Assembly (NCBI GenBank): GCA_035480775.1
Contig: DATIHK010000028.1
Span: forward strand, 1-37,495
Source of the DNA: Candidatus Saccharimonadales bacterium
Lineage (GTDB): Bacteria > Patescibacteriota > WWE3 > UBA101185 > UBA10185
Length of the DNA stretch: 37,495 nucleotides
Direction: 5' to 3'
In this document: positions 9,223-16,824 of the stretch, in pieces
Numbering within the stretch: position 1 is the stretch's first letter
How the letters are laid out: every line of letters begins with the position of its first letter
Notes under the pieces: model-generated
Databases searched by the model: none
Seen by the model: only the letters and a program-made list of their open reading frames with translations
Told to the model about the DNA's origin: nothing
Made by a program: the position numbers and the translations under genes

Positions 9223-9594
9223 ATGTCTATGCCTGCTCAGTTAAAATATATAGTCCTATCTATACTTTTTGTGTTGGCCTCGGTCAATTTTACGCGTACA
9301 GCGCTTGATATAGTGCAAAATAGTAAAAGACTAGAAGATCTGCATTCTGATGTTGCCTCTTTACAAAAGCAACAAAGCGACTTAAACGCCTCTATATCCT
9401 ATAAGCAGTCAGTAGACTATATTGAAGAGCGCGCTCGGGATGCCCTAAATTTGATTAAACCTAACGAACAAGCTTTTGTGGTTCCCCAAGGCGCTGGAGT
9501 TTTAGCCGCCGAAGACACTAAGCCGGTTATTTTAAGTACGAAACAGAAACAAGCCTCTAATTTTCAAATGTGGATGCAGCTTTTTCTTAACTAA
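9223..9594 (+). CDS. Septum formation initiator (FtsB/DivIC-like)
   Basis: Single N-terminal TM helix plus a coiled coil (LEDLHSDVASLQKQQSDLN) and YIEERARDALNLIKPNE. I chose the ATG at 9223, which is preceded by TTGATA-17-TACAAT-7 nt (leaderless geometry). Confidence 0.7.
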   Translation: MSMPAQLKYIVLSILFVLASVNFTRTALDIVQNSKRLEDLHSDVASLQKQQSDLNASISYKQSVDYIEERARDALNLIKPNEQAFVVPQGAGVLAAEDTKPVILSTKQKQASNFQMWMQLFLN

Positions 9595-9673
9595 TTAAGT
9601 TAATATTTTGCACTTTTTGACACATACACACGGCTTTGATACCATAGCTATGCCTTTCGACTAGTAAGAATAT

Positions 9674-9747
9674 AGCGGGGTGGAGGAATAGTACCTCGTC
9701 AGGCTCATAATCTGAAGGTCCCGGTGCAAATCCGGGCCCCGCAACCA
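9674..9747 (+). tRNA. Initiator-type tRNA-fMet (anticodon CAU)
   Basis: The acceptor and anticodon arms closely resemble the canonical bacterial initiator as I recall it: AGCGGGGTGGAG..CTCGTCAGGCTCATAATCTGAAGGTC..CCGGGCCCCGCAACCA. It has a 1x72 mismatch (A/A) and A11:U24. The D loop (AATAGTA, no GG) and T loop (TGCAAAT) are atypical. Confidence 0.8.
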
Positions 9748-9753
9748 AAAAAG

Positions 9754-9828
9754 AATTGCTACCTTTGCCACGAAAACGGTCTCGCGAATACGCTCAGATG
9801 TTTTCTTAGTCAAAGGTAGCAATTTTTT
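9754..9828 (+). terminator. 14-bp perfect inverted repeat with a 43-nt loop and a T tract, between the two CAU tRNAs
   Basis: aattgctacctttg (9754-9767) pairs with caaaggtagcaatt (9811-9824) and is followed by TTTTTT. The loop is too large for a textbook intrinsic terminator. Confidence 0.4.
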
Positions 9829-9859
9829 ACTGTATAATAGCCTCGTTAATAGCTATTGT

Positions 9860-9935
9860 GCCAATATAGCTCAGGGGCTAGAGCGGGCGTTTCATAAGCG
9901 CTAGGTCGATGGTTCGAGTCCATCTATTGGCACCA
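9860..9935 (+). tRNA. Elongator-type tRNA with anticodon CAU (tRNA-Met, or tRNA-Ile2 if lysidinylated)
   Basis: Acceptor GCCAATA/TATTGGC, D stem GCTC/GAGC with a GG-containing D loop. Anticodon stem GGCGT/GCGCT with loop TTCATAA. T arm GATGG-TTCGAGT-CCATC and an encoded CCA. Confidence 0.85.
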
Positions 9936-10008
9936 TAAATTTTTTAAAAATTGACTTTTAATTTTTCTTTGCTATTTTTAACCTAATCGTATCAACATGG
10001 AGGCCTAA

Positions 10009-10353
10009 ATGGCTAAAATCTTTTTGAAAGTCGTTGATAGGCATCGCTCATATTTGAAAAGTCAGATCGAACAATCCGGTCACAAGGTCGTCGACAGCAT
10101 TGATGTCGCTGATGTTTGCTTTGTGACTTTCGAGACAAACAAACTAGCTGTTCGTGCAATTCCAGTGAATCTGCGTTTCAAATTTATCGTAGAGGGCCTC
10201 ACCCACAGCGAGCGCCTTACGCGCAAGCTTCTCGATGATGCCGGTTTGTGGGGATTTCTGGATGTTTGGGATATTTTTCCACCACTCAACCCAGCATCAT
10301 TCAATTTTTCAGAACGACTCGATATCGCTCTACACCGTCTACAGCCAATGTAA
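10009..10353 (+). CDS. Hypothetical protein (cassette A ORFan)
   Basis: 114-aa ORF with GGAGG at 9999-10003, 5 nt before the ATG. Higher G+C than its flanks (28/60 in 10081-10140). I recognised no family motif. Confidence 0.6.
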   Translation: MAKIFLKVVDRHRSYLKSQIEQSGHKVVDSIDVADVCFVTFETNKLAVRAIPVNLRFKFIVEGLTHSERLTRKLLDDAGLWGFLDVWDIFPPLNPASFNFSERLDIALHRLQPM

Positions 10354-10362
10354 ATCTGTTTA

Positions 10363-10395
10363 CTTCTCCCCGCCATCACAAACGACGGGGAGAAG
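10363..10395 (+). terminator. Hairpin terminator after cassette A
   Basis: 10-bp perfect stem cttctccccg / cggggagaag with a 13-nt loop, followed by ctcttt. Confidence 0.5.
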
Positions 10396-10434
10396 CTCTT
10401 TAAATATTTTCCAAATCTGCTAAATTATCCTTAT

Positions 10435-11427
10435 ATGAAAAGAATTCTTACCGGTGACAATACAACCGGAAAATTACATTTAGGACATTTCGTAGGTAGC
10501 TTGGAAAATAGAGTTAAGCTTCAACATGAGTACGAAACCATTATTATTTTAGCTGACATGCACGCCTTAGCTTATCCAAAATATGTAGATAAAGTCGATG
10601 TAGTAGCGGATTCAGTGCGTCAAGTTTTGATGGATAACTTATCTGTCGGACTTGATCCTTCGATTGTTACTTTCTTTAATGAATCTGCAATTCCAGAGCT
10701 TTATGAACTTGCAATAATTTTTAGTATGATCGTGAGTCATGCTCGGGCTATGCGAAATCCAACCATAAAAGAAGAAATTCGCGATAAAAACTTAGGTGAA
10801 AATTATTCGCTAGGATTTATTAACTTTCCGATTCTGATGGCAACAGATATATTAAGTGTCAAAGCCGATGTAGTTCCAGTTGGAGAAGATCAAATTCCAC
10901 ATCTTGAACAAACCCAAGAAATCGCGCGCAAGTTTAATGCGACCTACGGCAATGTTTTTAAAGAAGTTCAATATGTCAGTGGACGCGTACCTCGTTTAAT
11001 CGGCACCGACGGAAATGCCAAAATGACCAAATCTCTAGACAATTGCATTTATCTTTCAGACTCAGAAGCAGAATTAAAACGCCGAGTTATGAGCATGTAC
11101 ACCGATCCAACCAGAATTCATCCTACCGATCCAGGTAAGGTAGAAGACAACCCTGTTTTTATTTATCACGACGCTTTTAATCCCGATAAAGCCGAAGTCG
11201 CTGACTTGAAATCACGATATCAAAATGGTAAAGTTGGGGACGTTGAAGTCAAAGAAAAGTTATTGGCTGTTTTAAACAATTTTCTGGTTCCAATTCGCGA
11301 AAAACGCGCTTATTACGAAGCACATCCAAATGAAGTAAGTGATATTTTAAACGATGGTTCGAAAAAAGTTAGAACAATTGTTACAGCAACACTTTTGGAA
11401 GCAAAAGAAAAGATGAAGTTAAGTTAA
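10435..11427 (+). CDS. trpS: Tryptophanyl-tRNA synthetase
   Basis: Class I motifs GKLHLGH (HIGH) and KMTKS (KMSKS). The 330-aa length is typical of TrpRS. Confidence 0.88.
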   Translation: MKRILTGDNTTGKLHLGHFVGSLENRVKLQHEYETIIILADMHALAYPKYVDKVDVVADSVRQVLMDNLSVGLDPSIVTFFNESAIPELYELAIIFSMIVSHARAMRNPTIKEEIRDKNLGENYSLGFINFPILMATDILSVKADVVPVGEDQIPHLEQTQEIARKFNATYGNVFKEVQYVSGRVPRLIGTDGNAKMTKSLDNCIYLSDSEAELKRRVMSMYTDPTRIHPTDPGKVEDNPVFIYHDAFNPDKAEVADLKSRYQNGKVGDVEVKEKLLAVLNNFLVPIREKRAYYEAHPNEVSDILNDGSKKVRTIVTATLLEAKEKMKLS

Positions 11428-11463
11428 AAAGAACCTCTGCCCACGGAGTATAATATCAAAGCT

Positions 11464-13395
11464 ATGCCAGCAATAAATGATAAATCTAAAAAAGAAATTT
11501 TCGGAGAAAAGAAAAAATCCAGTGAACAAAAATCACGAAATCAAAATAAGTTCTCACAATTAGGCCCAGTTAAAGTTCCTAATAGTATTTTTAAAAACGT
11601 TTTTTTCTATATTTTTATAATTTTAATTGCGTATATGCTATTTGGACTTTTATCTCAAGGTTCATCTATCAAAGATCAAAAGCCTATTAGCGATTTATAT
11701 TCGTTAGCAAAACAAGGAAAAGTTCAAGATATCACTGTCGCAGATAATCGTGTTGAAGTTTTGATGAAAGATGGCACCCAATTTTATTCTGAAAAAGAAG
11801 ACGGAGTTAGTTTTGATCAACTCTTAGTTAATAACGGTGTAGACCGCTCGAAAATTGCCGGTACCATTAATGTTGAACACCGCACAACTTGGGATCAAAT
11901 CATTTCTCCGATTTTAATGTTTGGATTACCTATTTTAATTTTATTTTTTATTTTTAGACAAATGCGTAGTGCCAGCGGTGATATTTTTTCTTTTGGAAAA
12001 TCACGAGCTCGTTTGTTTAATAAAGAACGCACTAAAATTACTTTTAACGATATCGCAGGCAATATCGAAGCCAAACGTGAAATGCTTGAAATTGTAGATT
12101 TCTTAAAAAATCCAGAAAAGTATCGTAAATTAGGTGCCCGTACTCCAAAAGGAGTTTTACTGGTTGGTCCATCTGGAGTTGGAAAAACTTTGTTAGCCAA
12201 AGCAATTGCCGGAGAAGCCAACGTTCCGTTTTTTAGCGTAGCAGGTTCAGAATTTATGGAAATGTTAGTCGGAGTTGGTTCAGCTCGCGCGCGTGATTTA
12301 TTTGCTATGGCTAAAGCTGCGCAACCGAGTTTGATTTTTATTGATGAAATAGACGCCATTGGTCGTCAACGAGGAATGGGAATTGGTGGCGGTCACGATG
12401 AACGCGAACAAACTTTAAATCAAATATTAATCGAAATGGACGGATTTGATGAAAGAACCGACGTAATTGTAGTTGCAGCCACTAACCGACCAGATATGCT
12501 CGATCCGGCTTTAATTCGTGCTGGACGTTTTGATCGAAAGATTTCAATTCCGTTGCCAGATAAAACTGACCGTGCAGAAATAATTAAAATTCATATGCGG
12601 GGCAAACCATTTGCTGAAAATGTTCAAATCGAAAAGATTGCTAGAAAAACAGTAGGCTTTAGTGGAGCAGATATCGAAAATATGTTAAATGAAGCCGCAA
12701 TTTTAGCTGCTCGAGAAAATCGCACGACAATTAGCGAAGCCGATCTGGAAGAGGCCGCACTAAAAGTCACTATAGGGTCAGAACGCAAAACATTGCAATC
12801 AGATTCAGAACGAAAAATGGTAGCTTATCACGAAGCTGGGCACGCTCTGGTAGCAACCAATATGCCAGAAATTGATCCGGTATCCCGTATTTCAATTGTC
12901 GCTCGAGGAGGCTCGTTGGGTCATACCAGTTTTCCACCAGAACGTGATCGATATAACGAAACTCGCACTCGTCTGCAATCTTTAATTGCCACTATGCTCG
13001 GAGGTAGAGCTGCTGAAGAAAATGTTTTTAACGAATTAACAGTTGGAGCGTCTGATGATATTGATCGTGCTACAAATGTTGCTCGTAAAATGGTTACAGA
13101 GTATGGAATGAGTGATTTAGGTCCCATTTCTTATGAAGGTAAAAATTCTGGAAATTGGGTAGCCCGCGAAATGGGTGAATCTATAAACTACAGCCAAGAA
13201 ATGGCAGCCAAAATCGATGTAGAAGTCGCAAAGATTATTGATACTGCCTTTAGTGCAGCAAAGAAGATACTAGCTGAAAAACGCGAAACTCTCGACAAAA
13301 TTGCTCAAAGACTTTTAGAAAAAGAAACTTTAGATGCCGAAGAATATCTATCGATAATAGGAATTCCAAAAATTAGTGATACAAATATATCGTAA
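11464..13395 (+). CDS. ftsH: ATP-dependent zinc metalloprotease FtsH
   Basis: N-terminal TM helices, AAA+ Walker A GPSGVGKT, Walker B IIFIDEID, SRH region, and zinc site HEAGHAL. Confidence 0.95.
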   Translation: MPAINDKSKKEIFGEKKKSSEQKSRNQNKFSQLGPVKVPNSIFKNVFFYIFIILIAYMLFGLLSQGSSIKDQKPISDLYSLAKQGKVQDITVADNRVEVLMKDGTQFYSEKEDGVSFDQLLVNNGVDRSKIAGTINVEHRTTWDQIISPILMFGLPILILFFIFRQMRSASGDIFSFGKSRARLFNKERTKITFNDIAGNIEAKREMLEIVDFLKNPEKYRKLGARTPKGVLLVGPSGVGKTLLAKAIAGEANVPFFSVAGSEFMEMLVGVGSARARDLFAMAKAAQPSLIFIDEIDAIGRQRGMGIGGGHDEREQTLNQILIEMDGFDERTDVIVVAATNRPDMLDPALIRAGRFDRKISIPLPDKTDRAEIIKIHMRGKPFAENVQIEKIARKTVGFSGADIENMLNEAAILAARENRTTISEADLEEAALKVTIGSERKTLQSDSERKMVAYHEAGHALVATNMPEIDPVSRISIVARGGSLGHTSFPPERDRYNETRTRLQSLIATMLGGRAAEENVFNELTVGASDDIDRATNVARKMVTEYGMSDLGPISYEGKNSGNWVAREMGESINYSQEMAAKIDVEVAKIIDTAFSAAKKILAEKRETLDKIAQRLLEKETLDAEEYLSIIGIPKISDTNIS

Positions 13396-14002
13396 AGTCG
13401 TGCGACATATAGTCGTGGCGCAGAGTTACTTTAAAAGTTAAATTTTTACACCAATCGAACATTTCACACGGGTCCATATAAGCTATTTTAATTTCTTGGT
13501 GTTCTTCGTCTATAGCTGCGTTGTGTTTGGCTAATTCTGAATACTTGCTCGGTAAGTTAAACGCCACGCCTTTGTTAGCCAAAAAAAACATTTTAGAAAT
13601 AGCTTTTTTTACATATTCTTTGTGATTTGGCATTTCGATATTTAGAGCTCCACTACAGAATACATAGTCATAATTTTTGCCAAAATCTTGTTCTAAAAAG
13701 TCTGCGCAATGAACTCTTATTTGTGGATATTTTACTTTACTCAAATTGCAAGATTCTGGAGTAAATTCACATCCGGTATAATCGATATTCTTAAAGTTTT
13801 TGTTTAAGTAATGGTAAAAGTCGCCTAATCCGCTTCCAACATCTAAAATAGATTGATTGTCTAAAGTTTGGGTAATTTCGGATAAGACTTTGAAACGAGT
13901 TATCTGGCTTTCTAGAGAATTCCAGGCAATTGAACGCGGGCCATACAAGCCGTATTTTTTTAAACTAGTTTCATAAAAAGATTTAATGTTCGCTTCAAGC
14001 AT
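13373..14002 (-). CDS. Class I SAM-dependent methyltransferase
   Basis: Motif I ILDVGSGLGDF. 209 aa. The 3' end overlaps the ftsH 3' end by 23 nt (convergent). Confidence 0.8.
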   Translation of the reverse strand: MLEANIKSFYETSLKKYGLYGPRSIAWNSLESQITRFKVLSEITQTLDNQSILDVGSGLGDFYHYLNKNFKNIDYTGCEFTPESCNLSKVKYPQIRVHCADFLEQDFGKNYDYVFCSGALNIEMPNHKEYVKKAISKMFFLANKGVAFNLPSKYSELAKHNAAIDEEHQEIKIAYMDPCEMFDWCKNLTFKVTLRHDYMSHDFTIYLYH

Positions 14003-14050
14003 TTAATGATGGGCAGAATCCTCTGATCTCGATTATACTACATATATATT

Positions 14051-14977
14051 ATGAAAAGATTACTAATAATTGATACGTTTAATTTATTGCACAGGGCTTA
14101 CCATGCACTTCCAGCTACATTTACAGATAAAGATGGTGCGCCAATAAATGCTGCATACGGAGTTGCTTCGATGCTCATTAACGTCTTAACTTTGGTCAAA
14201 CCCGATTACGCGATCGCCGCACTAGATGGAATGAAGCCAACTTTTAGATCCGAAGAATTCACTGCATACAAAGCCCATCGCACCGAAATGGAAGAAGCAC
14301 TTTCTAGCCAAATTCCTAAAGTCTTTGAAATTATTGATGCTTTTGGAGTGCAAAAGTTTTTAGTCGAAGGTTACGAGGCCGATGATGTTATGGGAACTGT
14401 CGCCAAAAAATTTGGACACGAAGGTTATGAGGTTATTTTACTTTCTAATGACCGAGATATGTGGCAATTAGTTAATGGGCACGTTTTAATTATGCTTCCA
14501 TCGACAAAAGGCGATGGATTTGAATACATTGGAGAAAAAGAAGTCGTAGCTCGAATGAGCTTTACTCCAGATAAAATCCCCGATTATAAAGGTCTACGAG
14601 GCGATCCTAGCGATAATATTCCCGGTGTCTATGGAGTTGGTGAAGTTACAGCTAAAAAACTAATTGCTCAGTTTGGAACTATCGAAGAAATTTACAAACA
14701 TATAGCAGAAGTTGAGCCCAAAACTTTGCAAGAAAAGCTAGCTAACAATGCTGAGCAAGCAGTAATGAGCAAAAAGCTGGCAACGATTATTACCGAAGTT
14801 CCCTTGCAAATAGATTTGGAATTGTGCAAATATCGTGGTTTTAATTCAGCTGATGTACTAGAAATTTTAAAAAAGTACAACTTTAAATCTTTAATGCGTC
14901 GACTAGGATTTGAAGTTGACGAAGGCAAAGCAAAAAAGGCTGAAGAAGTAAGTAAAGACCAATTGAGTTTGTTTTAA
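14051..14977 (+). CDS. Stand-alone 5'-3' exonuclease / flap endonuclease (Pol I N-terminal domain homolog)
   Basis: LLIIDTFNLLHRAYHAL, the YEADDVMGT acidic cluster, and H3TH DNIPGVYGVGEVTAKKLI. No polymerase domain follows. Confidence 0.88.
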   Translation: MKRLLIIDTFNLLHRAYHALPATFTDKDGAPINAAYGVASMLINVLTLVKPDYAIAALDGMKPTFRSEEFTAYKAHRTEMEEALSSQIPKVFEIIDAFGVQKFLVEGYEADDVMGTVAKKFGHEGYEVILLSNDRDMWQLVNGHVLIMLPSTKGDGFEYIGEKEVVARMSFTPDKIPDYKGLRGDPSDNIPGVYGVGEVTAKKLIAQFGTIEEIYKHIAEVEPKTLQEKLANNAEQAVMSKKLATIITEVPLQIDLELCKYRGFNSADVLEILKKYNFKSLMRRLGFEVDEGKAKKAEEVSKDQLSLF

Positions 14978-15037
14978 TCTAATTAAAATTGTAGAATCCA
15001 CTTAACATAAACGAAGTCGTTCCCAAAAGGAGCCAGC

Positions 15038-15319
15038 ATGATACGTATCAAACGTGTTAGGCAGTGGGAAGATGTTTTACCGGGATTTAATAACGCCGCA
15101 ATTGTTGTGCTCGTACGAAGAGGCGGTTGTCATATTTTTGTAGACACCATGAAAGTATCTGGTCAACAACGATATCAAATTGAACAGGCCTTTGGTGGAA
15201 AAGACTGCAGCACTTTTCGTAGTATAGATGAGATAAGTGTACTGGTCGATTATCATCTACCAAGAGTTTCATCGAAGTATGCTCGCACTCAGTTGGAAAA
15301 ACTATTTCCGCAGGCGTAA
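15038..15319 (+). CDS. Hypothetical protein (cassette B, ORF 1)
   Basis: 93 aa, with AAGGAG at 15027-15032. An extended -10-like ttgTAGAAT lies upstream. No recognisable family. Confidence 0.55.
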   Translation: MIRIKRVRQWEDVLPGFNNAAIVVLVRRGGCHIFVDTMKVSGQQRYQIEQAFGGKDCSTFRSIDEISVLVDYHLPRVSSKYARTQLEKLFPQA

Positions 15320-15349
15320 CGAAGTTAACAAGCCCAACAAGGAGATAAC

Positions 15350-15718
15350 ATGGACGACACACCGCAGCCCAACATCACGATCAAAGGTTGGAATGGGCCA
15401 GTTTATCCGACTGATATTGAAGAAGCCAATAACTTCTTAATGGGTTACACCGGCAAGGACTATGAGTTGGTTGGCATAGCTGCAGCTATTGGAGGCACTA
15501 TCGGGTATGGAGCTACATCAGAAGCCTCTGTCAAAGGTGCTTTTTCGTATCAGCTGACATTTTATGCCCACCCGGACAGCCGCATCATGATGGCGTTTCC
15601 GCCAAGGAGCAATGGAACGATTCCACGATCAATCGCGTTTTACTACGGAAGAGGCGTCGCGCTTTCACAAATTTCAGCGCTGCTCGAAGAATTTCTTAAG
15701 GTCATAAAGCGCCGCTGA
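15350..15718 (+). CDS. Hypothetical protein (cassette B, ORF 2)
   Basis: 122 aa, with AAGGAG at 15339-15344. G+C is 29/60 in 15361-15420. No recognisable family. Confidence 0.55.
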   Translation: MDDTPQPNITIKGWNGPVYPTDIEEANNFLMGYTGKDYELVGIAAAIGGTIGYGATSEASVKGAFSYQLTFYAHPDSRIMMAFPPRSNGTIPRSIAFYYGRGVALSQISALLEEFLKVIKRR

Positions 15719-15740
15719 CTTTGTACTGCATATTTACCAT

Positions 15741-15785
15741 GCGCCTGGGGCATTTTAGCTACCTCAGGCGCGTATTTGTTTTAAA
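15741..15785 (+). terminator. Intrinsic terminator inside cassette B
   Basis: Stem gcgcctgggg / cctcaggcgc (one mismatch), followed by gtatttgtttt. Confidence 0.6.
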
Positions 15786-15846
15786 CAATTACTTATAGTA
15801 AAATTGCGATTACCCATATCTACCCATCTTTTTCAAGGAGACCTAA

Positions 15847-16113
15847 ATGCAATCTTTAGGCACGGCTCCAGAAGATGTTCTTACAGCAACAAGTAAGTCT
15901 GTACTTTGTAGGCTCGATTATCATGTCTATCGAAATCATAATCGGGTTGGCGGCGATTCAACGAAACCCCAATACTTTGATTCGGTGGAAATCGCTGTTA
16001 CAAGATTAAAAGAGCATTTACGCCGATTGTACGGATTTGACTATATCGAATGGCGCATTGTGCTTATCGACGGCAACGGAGTTACAACAGTCGAGTCTCA
16101 CCACTACAAATAA
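15847..16113 (+). CDS. Hypothetical protein (cassette B, ORF 3)
   Basis: 88 aa, with AAGGAG at 15835-15840. No recognisable family. Confidence 0.55.
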   Translation: MQSLGTAPEDVLTATSKSVLCRLDYHVYRNHNRVGGDSTKPQYFDSVEIAVTRLKEHLRRLYGFDYIEWRIVLIDGNGVTTVESHHYK

Positions 16114-16140
16114 CATTTCTGAATCCGCCCCTGCTTTTAA

Positions 16141-16175
16141 AAAGCCCCCAGACATTTAGTTTGAGGGCTTTTTTG
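16141..16175 (+). terminator. Intrinsic terminator ending cassette B
   Basis: Stem agccccca / tgagggct followed by TTTTTT at 16169-16174. Confidence 0.65.
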
Positions 16176-16188
16176 CTACAATATACAT

Positions 16189-16824
16189 ATGGATAAAAAA
16201 CAATTTGCGCTAGAGGTAGTTAAATTATTAAAAAAAGAACATCCAAATCCTAAAACAGAATTAAATCACGCCAACGAAATGCAACTCGCAGTAGCAGTAA
16301 TGCTTTCGGCGCAAACCACTGACAAAAAAGTAAATCAAATTACCGACAAGCTTTTTAAAAAATATACTAAATGGGAAGATTTTGCTAACGCCAAACTTGC
16401 CGATCTGCAAGCCGATATTAGAGGAGTTAATTTTCACATGGGCAAAGCTGAACGTCTTATTGCGGCCGCTAAAATGGTGTTAAGCGACTTCGGGGGAAAA
16501 CTTCCAAAATCATTAGCAGCACTAATAAAGATCCCTGGAATAGCTCGCAAATCCGCAAACGTAATTTTGCAAGAAGAGTGGGACATAGCCGAGGGAGTAG
16601 TTGTAGATACGCATATTACTCGTGTTTCAAACAGATTGGGTTTAACTACTAATACAGATGCAGTCAAAATTGAAAAAGACTTAATGGAATTGTTGCCCAA
16701 AGATTATTGGCGCAATTTTTCTTCAGCGGCTGTTTTGCATGGCCGATATATTTGTATTGCTCGCAAACCAAAGTGTTCAGAATGTGTTTTAAATAAAATT
16801 TGTCCGTCAGCTTTTAAAGTTTAA
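16189..16824 (+). CDS. nth: Endonuclease III (DNA glycosylase/AP lyase)
   Basis: HhH-GPD motif LPGIARKSANVIL, DTHITRVSNRLGL, and the C-terminal 4Fe-4S cluster loop CIARKPKCSECVLNKIC. Confidence 0.93.
   Translation: MDKKQFALEVVKLLKKEHPNPKTELNHANEMQLAVAVMLSAQTTDKKVNQITDKLFKKYTKWEDFANAKLADLQADIRGVNFHMGKAERLIAAAKMVLSDFGGKLPKSLAALIKIPGIARKSANVILQEEWDIAEGVVVDTHITRVSNRLGLTTNTDAVKIEKDLMELLPKDYWRNFSSAAVLHGRYICIARKPKCSECVLNKICPSAFKV

Noticed and set aside
7620-10400. A complete integrative element bounded by a duplicated tRNA 3' end (attL/attR).
   Set aside because: I could not find a second copy of the tRNA-Ile or tRNA-Met 3' segments by eye. An essential-looking ftsB/divIC gene and two tRNA genes lie inside the candidate interval.
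15719-16188. The ORFan cassettes as integron gene cassettes, with the hairpins as attC sites.
   Set aside because: The hairpins are followed by T tracts and so look terminator-like, and they share no common R/L box sequence. Most cassettes have their own promoter-like elements, they are scattered rather than arrayed, and no intI gene is present.
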